A stretch of 64,000 bases of DNA from Antedon mediterranea (GCF_964355755.1 NC_092673.1:19403648-19467647); one strand, 5' to 3'. Numbered from the stretch's first letter, positions 27,482 through 38,669 are shown. Notes: a model not told the origin generated them from the sequence alone. Made by a program: numbers and translations.

Positions 27482-27659
27482 GGCCGGGCCGCTGAACTTT
27501 CCGTTGTATATCGGTAAAAAAAAAAAAAAAAAAAAAAAAAGAAAAAAAGAGAGGCGGCTGGATAATCAGGAGCGGGCGGTGACGCTTAACAAGTATGTTT
27601 TTTTATTTGGCCTTATAAAGATATTAAATGTTTGCTGAAGTATTCTGACTGTATATAGA

Positions 27660-27960
27660 CCCTGTACCAGACCAGATCAAATGTGAGATAACAAATTACC
27701 TACAGTCTTTAATATGACTGTGTGTAGCCCCTGAACCAGACCAGATCAAATGTGAGATAACAAATTACCTCAGTCTTTAATATGACTGTGTGTAGCCCCT
27801 GAACCAAACACCAAATTAAATGTGAGATAACAAATTACCTACAGTCTTTAATATGACTGTATGTAGCCCCTTGAACCAGACCAGATCAAATGTGAGATAA
27901 CAAATTACCTCAGTCTTTAATATGACTGTGTGTAGCCCCTGAACCGGACCAGATCAAGTG
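27660..27960. repeat. ~74-bp tandem repeat, about 4 copies
   Basis: ACCAGATCAAATGTGAGATAACAAATTACCT...GTAGCCCCTGA is repeated. Confidence 0.9.
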
Positions 27961-29101
27961 TGATCAGAGGTCCCTGTAGCCCAAAAGAAGATAACATAAA
28001 ATTTAAAATAAGACCAATTTTAACAAATATAGTGGCCCACAAAAACCAAAGAAGAGAGCTCATCAACCAGATCTAACATGGGATACCACATAAGACAAAA
28101 TTAAGGTATTGTGAATACCTGTTTTAACGCCTACTTAGTGTGTGAGGACTTGTATCAGAATGGATGATACAATTGCAGCAAATGCATAAAATGTCATTCA
28201 AACCAATTAGTTAATTATATGACTGGAAACCAAATTAATGATATGACTGGGAACCTACTTAAACAAATTAATTTGAAAAAATAAAAGTTACAGAGTTATT
28301 TGGCTAAAAAATATAATTGTTTATAAACTAGAAATCTAGCTAGTCAACAGCAAAGTAAAAGATTAGGTCTGTTTTAGAATACAGTGTGTGGTATTATGTT
28401 TGGACACCAAATTTGTATGGGAAATCTTTATAGCCTAAATAATTTTGGGGAATTAGAAGGTGATGATCCATGCAAACTGCAGAAGTTTAGAAGAAAATAA
28501 AGTGCAAAGGCTTTGCCACTATGGCTACGTTGAGAAACACCCTCATGACATTACCACTATGGCTACTTCGAAAAAAACTCTCATGACATTTTCTTTTATG
28601 CCGCAAGAGGCCAGACGGAAAAATACAATAGACACCAACTTGGATGGAAATTGTCATATTTATTTAAATGACGAAACACATAATAGCATATATAATAATA
28701 GAGTTGTAATAATGGGGCAGCCCATAACTAATTTAGTTCCATCTAAGACGTATACATAATGTATGGGCTGCCCTATCAAGTGTATCGTATATGTACGGAC
28801 AATAACTACTACTAACTAAACACCTTGGTTATTACATAAAATCACATAAATATATATTGAATGTTAAATATAATATGCATGGTTATCAAGAATCCAAAGA
28901 TTAACTTGACTTACTAAACTAAAACTAATTAAAATACAAGTTTGCTGGGTGAACATGCCACAAACCCGACAAACAAAGAGGGTTACCACCCAGACAAACA
29001 AACATAAAAAATATCTGAAGCTAAGCTTGACAGATAGGACCAACAGAAACAAACTTGTCTTGTGAGGCCAAGCTCGAACAATCCGAAACACGAAAGCGTT
29101 T

Positions 29102-30009
29102 CTATATGGAAAATGATTGGATTCTTATGTAATTTTGTACGGCCTTAGAATTCCATCGCCCAAATTGTTGTATAGTGTTCTCCGCTAAACCCAGGGAAGC
29201 AGCATGAGTTGCGGTGCCGATACGAAAACTATGACCTTTATATAATGTAGGGTCAAGACCAATGAAACAAATCGCCTCTTTTAGTTTTGCGTATATGAAC
29301 CGAGCCGCAATCGGCCGACCGTCCATATGTTGGAACAAAGGACCAGAGGTATGCCGAAAATGTTTGGTGTAATCTTGTAAACATTTTACTGGACAGAACC
29401 GAGCGCCCGTAGCACTATTGAATGAAATGTGGATAGGGGGCTTACCTACGCCGGTTTTGTGATGGTATATAGATAAGGACGCTGAATTACCAGAAAGACA
29501 TAGCTTACTGCGTTGCACGACCTTCTTATCCGCGTCCCCTTTTCCTACGGCCAATTCACCAATCCGGAAGAACCCTTGGAACGCGGTAAGGAAAAAGGCC
29601 CTGAAAAGTAATCTATAAGAAAAACTGGGTTCGATCGACTCTAGACACGCTAACAATTTAGTCAAAATTTCTGCAGTGATAGGCAAGCGTACCGTATCCG
29701 GACGATCCGAAGCATAATGCACGCCACGAAAAATTTTTACAACCAAAAACGAATTACAAGGATCGGGTAATTCTGCTAGTTTGTGTATAAAAGAGACGGA
29801 CGAAATGATAGACGAAATTGTTCTAGGTGCATATTGTAGACATGTAAATGTGCCACAAATTTGCATACCGTAGCCGGGTTTACAGGGAGCTGAACGGGTT
29901 TTCCCAACCATGATGCCAACTTTTGAATATTGCGTTGATACGCCTTAACCGTGGCTGGCGCCAATGACGAGTGAATGAGTGTTGTAGCTTCACAGCTAAG
30001 GGGTACCAT
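29102..30009 (-). CDS. Tyrosine recombinase of the retrotransposon (one frameshift near 29835)
   Basis: N-terminal SSLAPATVKAY, then FFRIGEL, HHKT, GHSFRIG, GRW and NYIR catalytic motifs, split over two ORFs. Confidence 0.88.
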
Positions 30010-30047
30010 GTTGTTTGCAGAACACACAACACCTGTATAGGAATGAA

Positions 30048-31829
30048 TTAAATATAAATGTGGTAGGACGGAACATGAATTGGATTTGGACTGATAGAAG
30101 GAAAGGATTCCAGAGCCGCTGTAAATTTTTTCCTTGATAAAAGATCCGCCAACACGTTATCTACTCCAGGAATATGCATTGCACGGAATTGTATGTTATA
30201 CTGGAGGCATATAAGTACTAACCGCCGAATAAGACGCATAAGCGTTTTGTCTTTAGCAGATTTCTTATTGATAACAGCCACAACAGCTGAATTATCACAA
30301 CGAAACAAAATGCGGCGATTAGCGAGCTCATGCCCCCATATTTCTAGGGCAATAACAATTGGAAATAACTCCAAAACAGCGATCGAAAAACCTACAAAGT
30401 CAGACCCCCAGTCGATGTAAAACCATCTGTCGCAAAATACTGCGGTGCAACCAAAAGACGCAGCTGCATCGGAGAATAAGCGCAGTGTCCAAGAATTTAG
30501 CCATTTTTCTGGAAGGATAAGGGCTTTTCCATTAAAAGATTCAAGGAATGTTAGCCATATCCGCAAATCGTCCTTAACTCCATGAGTTAAGCGAATGAAA
30601 TGAGATGGATGTTTAGCTAATGACAGGAGGTTTATCATACGGCGTAAAAACGCCCTACCCGGCACTACCACACTACAAGCGTAATTAAGCAGGCCAACCA
30701 TTGATTGCATATCGCGCAGTGTGACTTTTTTTCTATTTAAAAATTCAGTTATTTTTGTTACAGTTTTTGTAATCTTAGGTAACGGGAGGCGACATTCCAT
30801 CAAGACTGTGTCCACCTCAATCCCGTATATTGTAATGACATTAGTCGGAGTTACAGTCTTAGACGCCTTTATAGGAACCCCGATCTTGTCGCAAAGATAT
30901 AAAAATTGAGACAGTGCGTTGTGGCAGTCATTAGAATCTTTTGGGCCGACGAAGAAAAAATCATCCAGAATATGGGATACATCCCTTACATTAAATTTAT
31001 TACGCAGTATCCATACTAACGCTTTACTAAATGATTCGAAAATATTGCATGAGCGACTGGCGCCCATAGGCAGACACCGGCCATAAAAGAACCTGCCGTC
31101 CCAAGAAAACCCCAGCAAATGGTAATCATCTGGGTGAATAGGGATAATTCTGAAGGCGTCTTCTATGTCGGTCTTAGACATTAATGCCCTAGGTCCATTT
31201 TTTAATACTAATCTAACTACATCATCGATTGTGTCGTAGGAAACCTGTGAAACATCATGTGGAATCCCTGAGTTGACCGAAGCCCCCCGGGGGTACGACA
31301 TGTCCTGGATAATGCGATATTTGCCTAATTCAGCTTTGGGAACAACACCCAATGGCGAGGAGATAAATTTATCAAACGGAGGGGACTCGAAAGGGCCAGC
31401 CAATCTACCGAGTCGTAAACCATTAGAAATAAATTCTTCTATCTGTATCGGGTGATCGAGGGCACTTGGATGGTTGCGGGCGATGCCCAAAACCGGGGGC
31501 TTTAAACAGAGGAGACGGAATCTAAACGAGAAACCGACTAACAATTCGTTAAACAATTCGTGTGTATACCCTGTTAAATACCTTGAAAGTTCATTTATTA
31601 CCACTGGCGTTGGTAGATGGGTTTGCTCGAGTGCCGGTTTGACGACTTGTCGTTCGTGGTTTATTGCATTGAATTCTGGGGTGTGGTTGACGGCAGTCGG
31701 TACACAGATGTGAGAAGCGGCATGTGGGGGCGTGGCATTGCTTCCCAGCATTAAATTTGAAACATATCTGTTGGCCACGAAAATTATGCTGCCCCTGTGG
31801 ACGAGAGTTAGGTCTGAAAGAAGATACAT
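30048..31829 (-). CDS. Reverse transcriptase plus RNase H (DIRS/Ngaro-type)
   Basis: RT motifs SPLGVVPK, KTDIEDAFR, LPMG and HILDDFF; RNase H motifs FSDAA, LELFPIV, CDNSAVV and HIPGVDNVLADLLSR. No methyltransferase domain. Overlaps gag. Confidence 0.92.
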   Translation of the reverse strand: MYLLSDLTLVHRGSIIFVANRYVSNLMLGSNATPPHAASHICVPTAVNHTPEFNAINHERQVVKPALEQTHLPTPVVINELSRYLTGYTHELFNELLVGFSFRFRLLCLKPPVLGIARNHPSALDHPIQIEEFISNGLRLGRLAGPFESPPFDKFISSPLGVVPKAELGKYRIIQDMSYPRGASVNSGIPHDVSQVSYDTIDDVVRLVLKNGPRALMSKTDIEDAFRIIPIHPDDYHLLGFSWDGRFFYGRCLPMGASRSCNIFESFSKALVWILRNKFNVRDVSHILDDFFFVGPKDSNDCHNALSQFLYLCDKIGVPIKASKTVTPTNVITIYGIEVDTVLMECRLPLPKITKTVTKITEFLNRKKVTLRDMQSMVGLLNYACSVVVPGRAFLRRMINLLSLAKHPSHFIRLTHGVKDDLRIWLTFLESFNGKALILPEKWLNSWTLRLFSDAAASFGCTAVFCDRWFYIDWGSDFVGFSIAVLELFPIVIALEIWGHELANRRILFRCDNSAVVAVINKKSAKDKTLMRLIRRLVLICLQYNIQFRAMHIPGVDNVLADLLSRKKFTAALESFPSISPNPIHVPSYHIYI

Positions 31830-32541
31830 TCCCTAACGAAGCCAGTTTTAACATAAGCTCTGGGTGAAGCACATCCCAATTTAAAGGCCTGCCCTGTCGT
31901 GCTTTGCGAAAACTTTCGTCATAGGTCCGCCAGTTCAGGTTCCCCAAAGCATGTAATTCTAGTATGTTGTTGACATATTTAAGCATAGGCAAACATTGAG
32001 CAGGCGATTTTTCAACAAATATGGACACGTATATTGTAACTGCCCGCATCCATTCAGTAATTGTGATTAACTTTTTCTTACTGTTGTCTGTCTCTACACG
32101 GAGTTGTTTATCAATAATTGATAACGAGACCCCAGTAGTATCATTGTCGTTATTGATCAGAGTCCTGAGGTCAATGTATCCATTTGCCCATATTTTATTT
32201 TTAACCGATAGTGGCACATTACTGCCCAGAGCAATCGAGTCAGTCATTGTTATGTCGGCCCGAGACGGCTCACCTTCAAAGAGATCGTTTACAAACGCGT
32301 CCAATGGCTGAGCCTGTGTGGCATTATTCACAGTCAAGGATGTGGTAGCGGCTTGAGATGTTAGAAGACTGCCGCCTGGTGTCATGGGGCCAGTTGCCTC
32401 GCCCGCCTTCAATACCTTCGCAACTTCAGCCGCCAGTTTGGCGTAGTCTAGTGGTGGGGTCTCTTTGTTCGCCGTTGCCTTCTTCCTAGTGGTTTTTGGG
32501 ACCGCAGCCGACGCTGTACGGCCTCTTGGAGCTTTCGGCAT
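31591..32541 (-). CDS. Gag-like protein of YR retrotransposon
   Basis: KIWANGYIDL, WRTYDESFR and a C-terminal Cys/His finger CFKFN...C...CRFSHLCTDCRQPH. Confidence 0.85.
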   Translation of the reverse strand: MPKAPRGRTASAAVPKTTRKKATANKETPPLDYAKLAAEVAKVLKAGEATGPMTPGGSLLTSQAATTSLTVNNATQAQPLDAFVNDLFEGEPSRADITMTDSIALGSNVPLSVKNKIWANGYIDLRTLINNDNDTTGVSLSIIDKQLRVETDNSKKKLITITEWMRAVTIYVSIFVEKSPAQCLPMLKYVNNILELHALGNLNWRTYDESFRKARQGRPLNWDVLHPELMLKLASLGNVSSFRPNSRPQGQHNFRGQQICFKFNAGKQCHAPTCRFSHLCTDCRQPHPRIQCNKPRTTSRQTGTRANPSTNASGNK

Positions 32542-32688
32542 TTATACCTGTATAGAAATCAAAGAAACACCTCTGATGGTTAGAAATGAAAAACATGGTT
32601 GACACATTGACTACTGAAAAGCGGAGTTAAATTTGTAACAATCGTCTGGTTTCCATAGTATGTGCTATATCCATGGTCCGCCTGAAAT

Positions 32689-33600
32689 TCACCGGACTGA
32701 GAACAAGAGGATGTGTCCAAAGCCCGAATGCCACAAGGCAAACATTAGGCCCGAAGGCAAGCATAAGGCCCGAGGGCAAGCATAAGGCCCGAGGGCAAGC
32801 ATAAGGCCCAAGGGCAAGCATAAGACCCGAAGGCAAACATAAGGCCCGAAGGCAAACATAAGGCCCGAAGGCAAACACAGGGCCCGAAGGCAAACACAGG
32901 GCCCGAAGGCAAACATTAGTCCCGAAGGCCAAAATTCTTGCCCGAAGGCAAAATATGTGGAGTTTCTGAACCTCTTTATATAAATTGAAATTAAAACTAC
33001 TGGCCTTAAAATTTTTTCTGCGTGTAGAATAGCTTGTCGGACGCTACGTGCGTACCGATACATCCCTGACGATCGGCCATTTGAAGAACTTCTGTTAAGA
33101 TGTACGCCATCGGCGTGAATATGGGACCAGTCGTTCCACAGGCCTCTGTGATGCCAATATGTTACACATGCATCATCGGCATAATTCACCTGAAGTCGAC
33201 GGTTAATGTCCACAACAGAGTCGTTGAAGTTAGAGCTTACCCGACTGGGGTGCCGCTTTAACAGCTGGCTAACCACAATATGTTTACACTCCAGTCCAAA
33301 TTTAAGGTAGTCAATTAAATTATCGAGTTTGTTCATAATAAAATCATTAGATCGTTTCACAATGTCATTCTCTCCTAGATGAACGTAAACGATATCTTTC
33401 GGCGTAGACCATCCCTTAAGCAGATCAGGGAATTTGTATGCCGTTGCACCTCCGCGTGAATAATACTTGACATCGTTCAAACTTGCATCTAGGCGTAAAG
33501 CAAAGAATTCGCGTTCGCTGGTATAGCATTCCAACCGGCGTACAAACAAGTGTCCAACAAGACCTATTCTACATGTCGGGAAGGCAATTTTGTAACACAA
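32689..33600 (-). CDS. SGNH/GDSL hydrolase-like ORF (catalytic Ser apparently replaced); C-terminus runs into a 20-bp repeat
   Basis: Blocks VGHLFV (expected GHSFV), RGG, HLGEND and DGVHL. Confidence 0.75.
   Translation of the reverse strand: MCYKIAFPTCRIGLVGHLFVRRLECYTSEREFFALRLDASLNDVKYYSRGGATAYKFPDLLKGWSTPKDIVYVHLGENDIVKRSNDFIMNKLDNLIDYLKFGLECKHIVVSQLLKRHPSRVSSNFNDSVVDINRRLQVNYADDACVTYWHHRGLWNDWSHIHADGVHLNRSSSNGRSSGMYRYARSVRQAILHAEKILRPVVLISIYIKRFRNSTYFAFGQEFWPSGLMFAFGPCVCLRALCLPSGLMFAFGPYVCLRVLCLPLGLMLALGPYACPRALCLPSGLMFALWHSGFGHILLFSVR
32740..32950. repeat. 20-bp tandem repeat (AGGCCCGAAGGCAAACATA-type), about 10 copies
   Basis: Directly visible between the SGNH domain and gag. Confidence 0.9.
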
Positions 33601-34399
33601 CTTTTTGAATTAAACTTACACAATGAGTGCACAAACTATTGTTTCTACTTACAATTGTTAAAAACCTTGTGAAATAAAGACACAAACACCTGTGCAGGTA
33701 TAATCTTTAAAACGAAAATTCTTTAAATCTTTAAACACGTCTACTCCGGATGGATGCTAAAAGCGAAAGGACACATACACCACGCGGATGTATCAAATTC
33801 CCCACGTTACCCGCCGCAGCCCACCACGTGATGACGTAGAGCCCCGCCCTCCTGCGGCACAAATTCATCTTTCTACCCAGGCTCGAAAAATGTGTTTTAA
33901 GAAATTTAATTTCCTCATTGTAGAAACAAACCTATTTTGAGTAAGAAATAGGAAAATATGAAACTAGAGAACTAAAAGAGGATAAATTATGTGTTTACTA
34001 ATTTTGCTCTAGATAACATACTCAATTTTTGACAATTTCATAGCTACAACAATTTTTTGTCAGAAATTTTTCTTATGAAAGAAAGTACTGGAGTTGATCA
34101 TGAATTGTGTTTCATCCCAGAATCTTTTCAGCCAGGATTGTTTTTGTATTTGAGAAAAATGTTATGCAGATTTTCAACAAGCTTACATTGAAAAAAACAA
34201 GGGGTTTGATTATTATTAATGACTTGCTTTGTGTTTGTCTTTACTGTTTGCCTGTTTCCTCTAGATACAGGCAAACAAATCCTATGAAAATCATTATCAT
34301 TAGTTTAATATTATTTTTATTAACTTTGTATTTAAACAAAAGATAAAGTAAAAATCATCTGATTGTTTGAAACATGTATAAAGGTTATAGAAATGTTTG

Positions 34400-36825
34400 G
34401 TTATTACTATATGATCCATTTATTACTAGACTAATATGCACTGCTTCCCCAGGGCTGTTAGTCAGGGTATTTGTGTGGGGTATTGTACTATTACTTTATG
34501 ATCCATTTATTAATAGACTAAAATGCACTGCTTCCCCAGGGCTGTTAGACAGGGTATTTGTGTGGGGGTATTGTACTACCTTACTTTATGATCCATTTAT
34601 TAATAGACTAAAATGCACTGCTTCCCCAGGGCTGTTAGTCAGGGTATTTGTGTGGGGTATTGTACTGCCTTACTTTATGCTCCATTTATTAATAGACTAA
34701 AATGCACTGCTTCCCCAGGGCTGTTAGTCAGGGTATTTGTGTGGGGTATTGTACTACCTTACTTTATGATCCATTTATTAATAGACTAAAATGCACTTCT
34801 TCCCCAGGGCTGTTAGTCAGGGTATTTGTGTGGGGTATTGTACTACTTTACTTTATGATCCATTTATTAATAGACTAAAATGCACTGCTTCCCCAGGGCT
34901 GTTAGTCAGTGTATTTGTGTGGGTATTGTACTACCTTACTTTATGATCCATTTATTAATAGACTAAAATGCACTGCTTCCCCAGGGCTGTTAGTCAGGGT
35001 ATTTGTGTGGGATATTGTACTACCTTACTTTATGATCCATTTATTAATAGACTAAAATGCACTGCTTCCCCAGGGCAGTTAGTCAGGGTATTTGTGTGGG
35101 GTATTGTACTACCTTACTTTATCCATTTATTAATAGACTAAAATGCACTTCTTCCCCGGGGCTGTTAGTCAGGGTATTTGTGTGGGGTATTGTACTACCT
35201 TACTTTATGATCCATTTATTAATAGACTAAAATGCACTGCTTCCCCAGGGCTGTTAGTCAGGGTATTTGTGTGGGATATTGTACTACCTTACTTTATGAT
35301 CCATTTATTAATAGACTAAAATGCACTGCTTCCCCAGGGCAGTTAGTCAGGGTATTTGTGTGGGGTATTGTACTACCTTACTTTATCCATTTATTAATAG
35401 ACTAAAATGCACTTCTTCCCCGGGGCTGTTAGTCAGGGTATTTGTGTGGGGTATTGTACTACCTTACTTTATGATCCATTTATTAATAGACTAAAATGCA
35501 CTGCTTCCCCAGGGCTGTTAGTCAGGGTATTTGTGTGGGGTATTGTACTACCTTACTTTATGATCCATTTATTAATAGACTAAAATGCACTGCTTCCCCA
35601 GGGCTGTTAGTCAGGGTATTTGTGTGGGGTATTGTACTACCTTACTTTATGATCCATTTATTAATAGACTAAAATGCACTGCTTCCCCAGGGGTGTCACG
35701 AAAGCTCAGACCACGAAAGCTCAGACCCCCTAAGACCTAAGATCACGAAAGCTAAGACCCAACACCTAAGATTACAAATACTAAGATATACTACAGCTTA
35801 AAAACAATACTTGTTTATCCATACATAATTTTAAACACAGTAGGTTTCATTTATTACCATAAATATAATTTAATACTACCGCAAAACATAGATAAACTCA
35901 CATTATTTTCGCCCGTTGAGTAAATGTATATTTTTTCTTTACAACAAACAAACTTGACGGGTTGTTTGTTGGTATATATTTACTCCATTGTGTTGGTTCA
36001 GAGGATGTTTTTCTTACGCACCTGCCTTTCTTGTATTTTGACTCCAAATTTGTTGACTAACTTTATCCTGAACACCACACTTTAAAATTAGGACTTATAA
36101 GTACTTTCAGAAGGAGAAACACATAATAACAAATAAATAAATCCTTTAAATTGATGATTTTACAGATGTTTTTGTTTCTATGGAGCGCCAAAAGAGCAAC
36201 AATAATAGTACAAGTATAAAAACAGAAAGAAAACGAAACAAAAAACTTATCATGATTTTTAAATTAAAATTTATTTGCCAGTATTTATTTCTTCGTACTT
36301 GCATGATTATACTATTATCATTACAATTTTAATTTTACATTGTTCCATCCACACTGTAGATGGACTCCACAGAGTTTTCAGCCCTCTATATAATTTTTGC
36401 TCTCTCTTTTGACGTTCCATAGAAACAAAAACATTGAACATGGGGTAGGCCTACTGTACTGTAGGCTAGTCATTTTGTGTGCGAGAAAAACGTCTGTAAT
36501 TTGTTACTTTTTATGTGATTCTTTTTCATGAAAGTGCCAATTCTAAGGTGTGGTATTCAGAATAAATGTTGGGAGTTAAAATACAAGGTAGGTGCGAAAG
36601 ATAAATATTTGTAATCTTAGGTGTTGGGTCTTAGCTTTCGTGATCTTAGGTCTTAGGGGGTCTTAGCTTTCGTGGTACTGTATTAGGTTTCTGCTTTCCC
36701 AGGGCTGTTAGACAGGGTATTTGTGTGGGGTATTGTACTACCTTACTTTATGATCCATTTATTAATAGACTAAAATGCACTGCTTTCCCAGGGCTGTTAG
36801 TGTTAGTCAGGGTATTTGTGTGTGG
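34400..36825. repeat. ~89-bp tandem array (about 16 copies) interrupted by a MITE
   Basis: Unit ATGATCCATTTATTAATAGACTAAAATGCACTGCTTCCCCAGGGCTGTTAGTCAGGGTATTTGTGTGGGGTATTGTACTACCTTACTTT. Confidence 0.95.
35691..36676. mobile_element. MULE-like MITE with repeated-motif TIRs
   Basis: Starts GGGTGTCACGAAAGCTCAGACC... with an inverted copy at ~36606-36676. Internal sequence resembles 1000-1210. Confidence 0.7.
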
Positions 36826-37464
36826 TATGCAGTAATACGATAGTTTAGTTTAGTTCTGTAGTTATAATGCTTTATATTTCACATGACAGAAGATTGTAAA
36901 AATCTGTTGAATCAGTAAGTTTGTCTAACCTGCATAACATAATGCCACACTCATTTTGGTAGAAATACACCAGGAGTAGATCCAGGATTTAGAGGGGAGG
37001 GCTAATAATAGACTGGGGAAAGAAGCCTAGGCCCCATGGTTCTAATCAAAATTTTAAAATGTCCTCTTTCGCCATGCTTTTATAAAGTCTCCCACCATTT
37101 ATTTTTTATGATTTTGGACCTCCACATACTAAAATGGCGGTGCGAAATAACACTTTTGGTTTTTAATAATAAATGAACAATAAATGATATCATTTTTGAA
37201 TAAAGAATTGTTTATCTCATAATAAATATATTTAATTTAAAATAAGGTAATGTAATGTGAAGTAGGTTAGACCTCCCTACTGTTAGGAGATACATTTATA
37301 CCATTACTGTATATTATTATCACTTTGCCATAGTATTATACTGTATATATATATATATATATATAAATGTTCGGTTCAATGTAACCGTCTAGAAAGTGCT
37401 CAATACGGTAAAGTAGAGCTAAAATATACGTTAAGTCTGGAAAAGAAGTAAAAACTACAGTTTG

Positions 37465-37513
37465 GTCTCTACAGGCTTGTTTCGTGAGTCGTGCAACTCA
37501 CTCATCAGGAGAC
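37465..37513 (-). ncRNA. Type I minimal hammerhead ribozyme (Penelope-type)
   Basis: Minus strand reads GTCTC CTGATGA GTGAGT-TGCACG-ACTCAC GAAAC AAGCCT GTA GAGAC: intact core, stems I and II, short stem III and a GUA cleavage site. Confidence 0.8.
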
Positions 37514-37638
37514 TATAATGAGAAGAATCAATTACAACGCTGCTTATAAGCACATTTACTTGTAGAATTAGCATTTACAGGTGATATGTTTTGGAATGTC
37601 AGCTGTTATGTAACAATGCTTTCTTTCTGTGCCGGCCG

Positions 37639-37730
37639 GCAGTCTCATAGGTACAATTACTAACAACCTGGTATATATATATATATATATATATACACCA
37701 GGTTGTTAGTAATTGTACCTATGAGACTGC
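37639..37730. repeat. Inverted repeat around (TA)n, probably a Penelope-like inverted terminus
   Basis: GCAGTCTCATAGGTACAATTACTAACAACCTGGT and its exact reverse complement flank a TA run. Confidence 0.75.
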
Positions 37731-37774
37731 TCATAACTCAAGTTGTCAGAGACACTTGTTTGATATTCCATATA

Positions 37775-38669
37775 CCGTATATTTCGGTGTATAAGTCGCA
37801 CCTGTGTATAAGACGCACCCCCAACTGAGAGTAAAATATCGGTATTTTTTATATCGTCGATGTATAAGACGCACCTTATATTTCATCAAAACAATGTTTT
37901 TTTAAATTGTAATCAATATTATTGTAATAATATATTTTGTTATATCTACAACGGCGTCCTTTATTTAGGTTTTTTCTTACCTAGGCTCGGCCGCGCCCAG
38001 CCTCAACAAGTTCTTTCTAACTTGTTATTCATGAGTTTCGCCGCAACATCGAGTGCATGACCGTGTGTGTAACACGCACGTGTGTGTGGGCTAGCCTCGC
38101 TCGATCATTTCGAGAGGGCGCACGTTTTCACGGACAATCGTATTCGATTAGTATCTATGTATCCGAGAAGTGTGTACGCTAGGTCCATGCATGGAGAAAT
38201 CAGTTAGCTAACTGATTTCTCCATGGTCCATGCTATAATCACCTGGAGAATATACTAGTCGAATACCGTAAACACCATGTGCCACCAAAAGAAGGGCTTG
38301 CGCTTGGGGTACGGCGATCGTGCGTATAACTACTGTATAAATAAATACTATTCCAATCGTACGACGTAAACGTTTACAAATGATATTTTATCGAAGCGCC
38401 ATAATGAACAAATCTTTTCATCATATTTAGTATAACATCATGCTAAAATGACTTGAAAACTAGGCCTAGGCAGAAGCAGGTTGCCGTTACGTTAGTTAGT
38501 TACTGTAGCTAGGCCTAGCCTACTCAGGCCTAGAAAACGAGGTGACGATAGCCTAGGCCTATGTACAATCTGTGTGGTGAGGCATTTATGTTCGGTGTAT
38601 AAGACGCACCCTTAATTTAGAGGTCAAATTTGCGTGTCAAAAGTGCGACTTATACACCGAAATATACGG
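37775..38669. mobile_element. Tc1/mariner-superfamily MITE (895 bp)
   Basis: TIR CCGTATATTTCGGTGTATAAGTCGCAC with TA TSD. Confidence 0.85.

Larger units (their letters stand above)
22877..27612. mobile_element. PIF/Harbinger-like MITE with nested insertions
   Basis: TIR GGCCAAATAAAAAAATATACTTGTTAAGCGTCAC and its inverse at 27579-27612; TTA TSD on both sides. Confidence 0.7.
28591..33870 (-). mobile_element. Tyrosine-recombinase retrotransposon (Ngaro/DIRS-type) with 5' SGNH ORF
   Basis: ORF order is SGNH, gag, RT/RNase H, YR. The ends are approximate, set from a 14/16 inverted match between 28595-28610 and 33848-33863. Confidence 0.88.

Noticed and set aside
29102-29911. Phage integrase or bacterial contamination
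   Set aside because: The YR follows gag and RT/RNase H in DIRS/Ngaro order and is embedded in eukaryotic repeats.
32627-32932. Cys/Leu-rich repeat protein
   Set aside because: It is a translation of the 20-bp tandem repeat.
34400-35690. CRISPR-like regular array
   Set aside because: Units are head-to-tail copies with no unique spacers, there are no cas genes and the context is eukaryotic.
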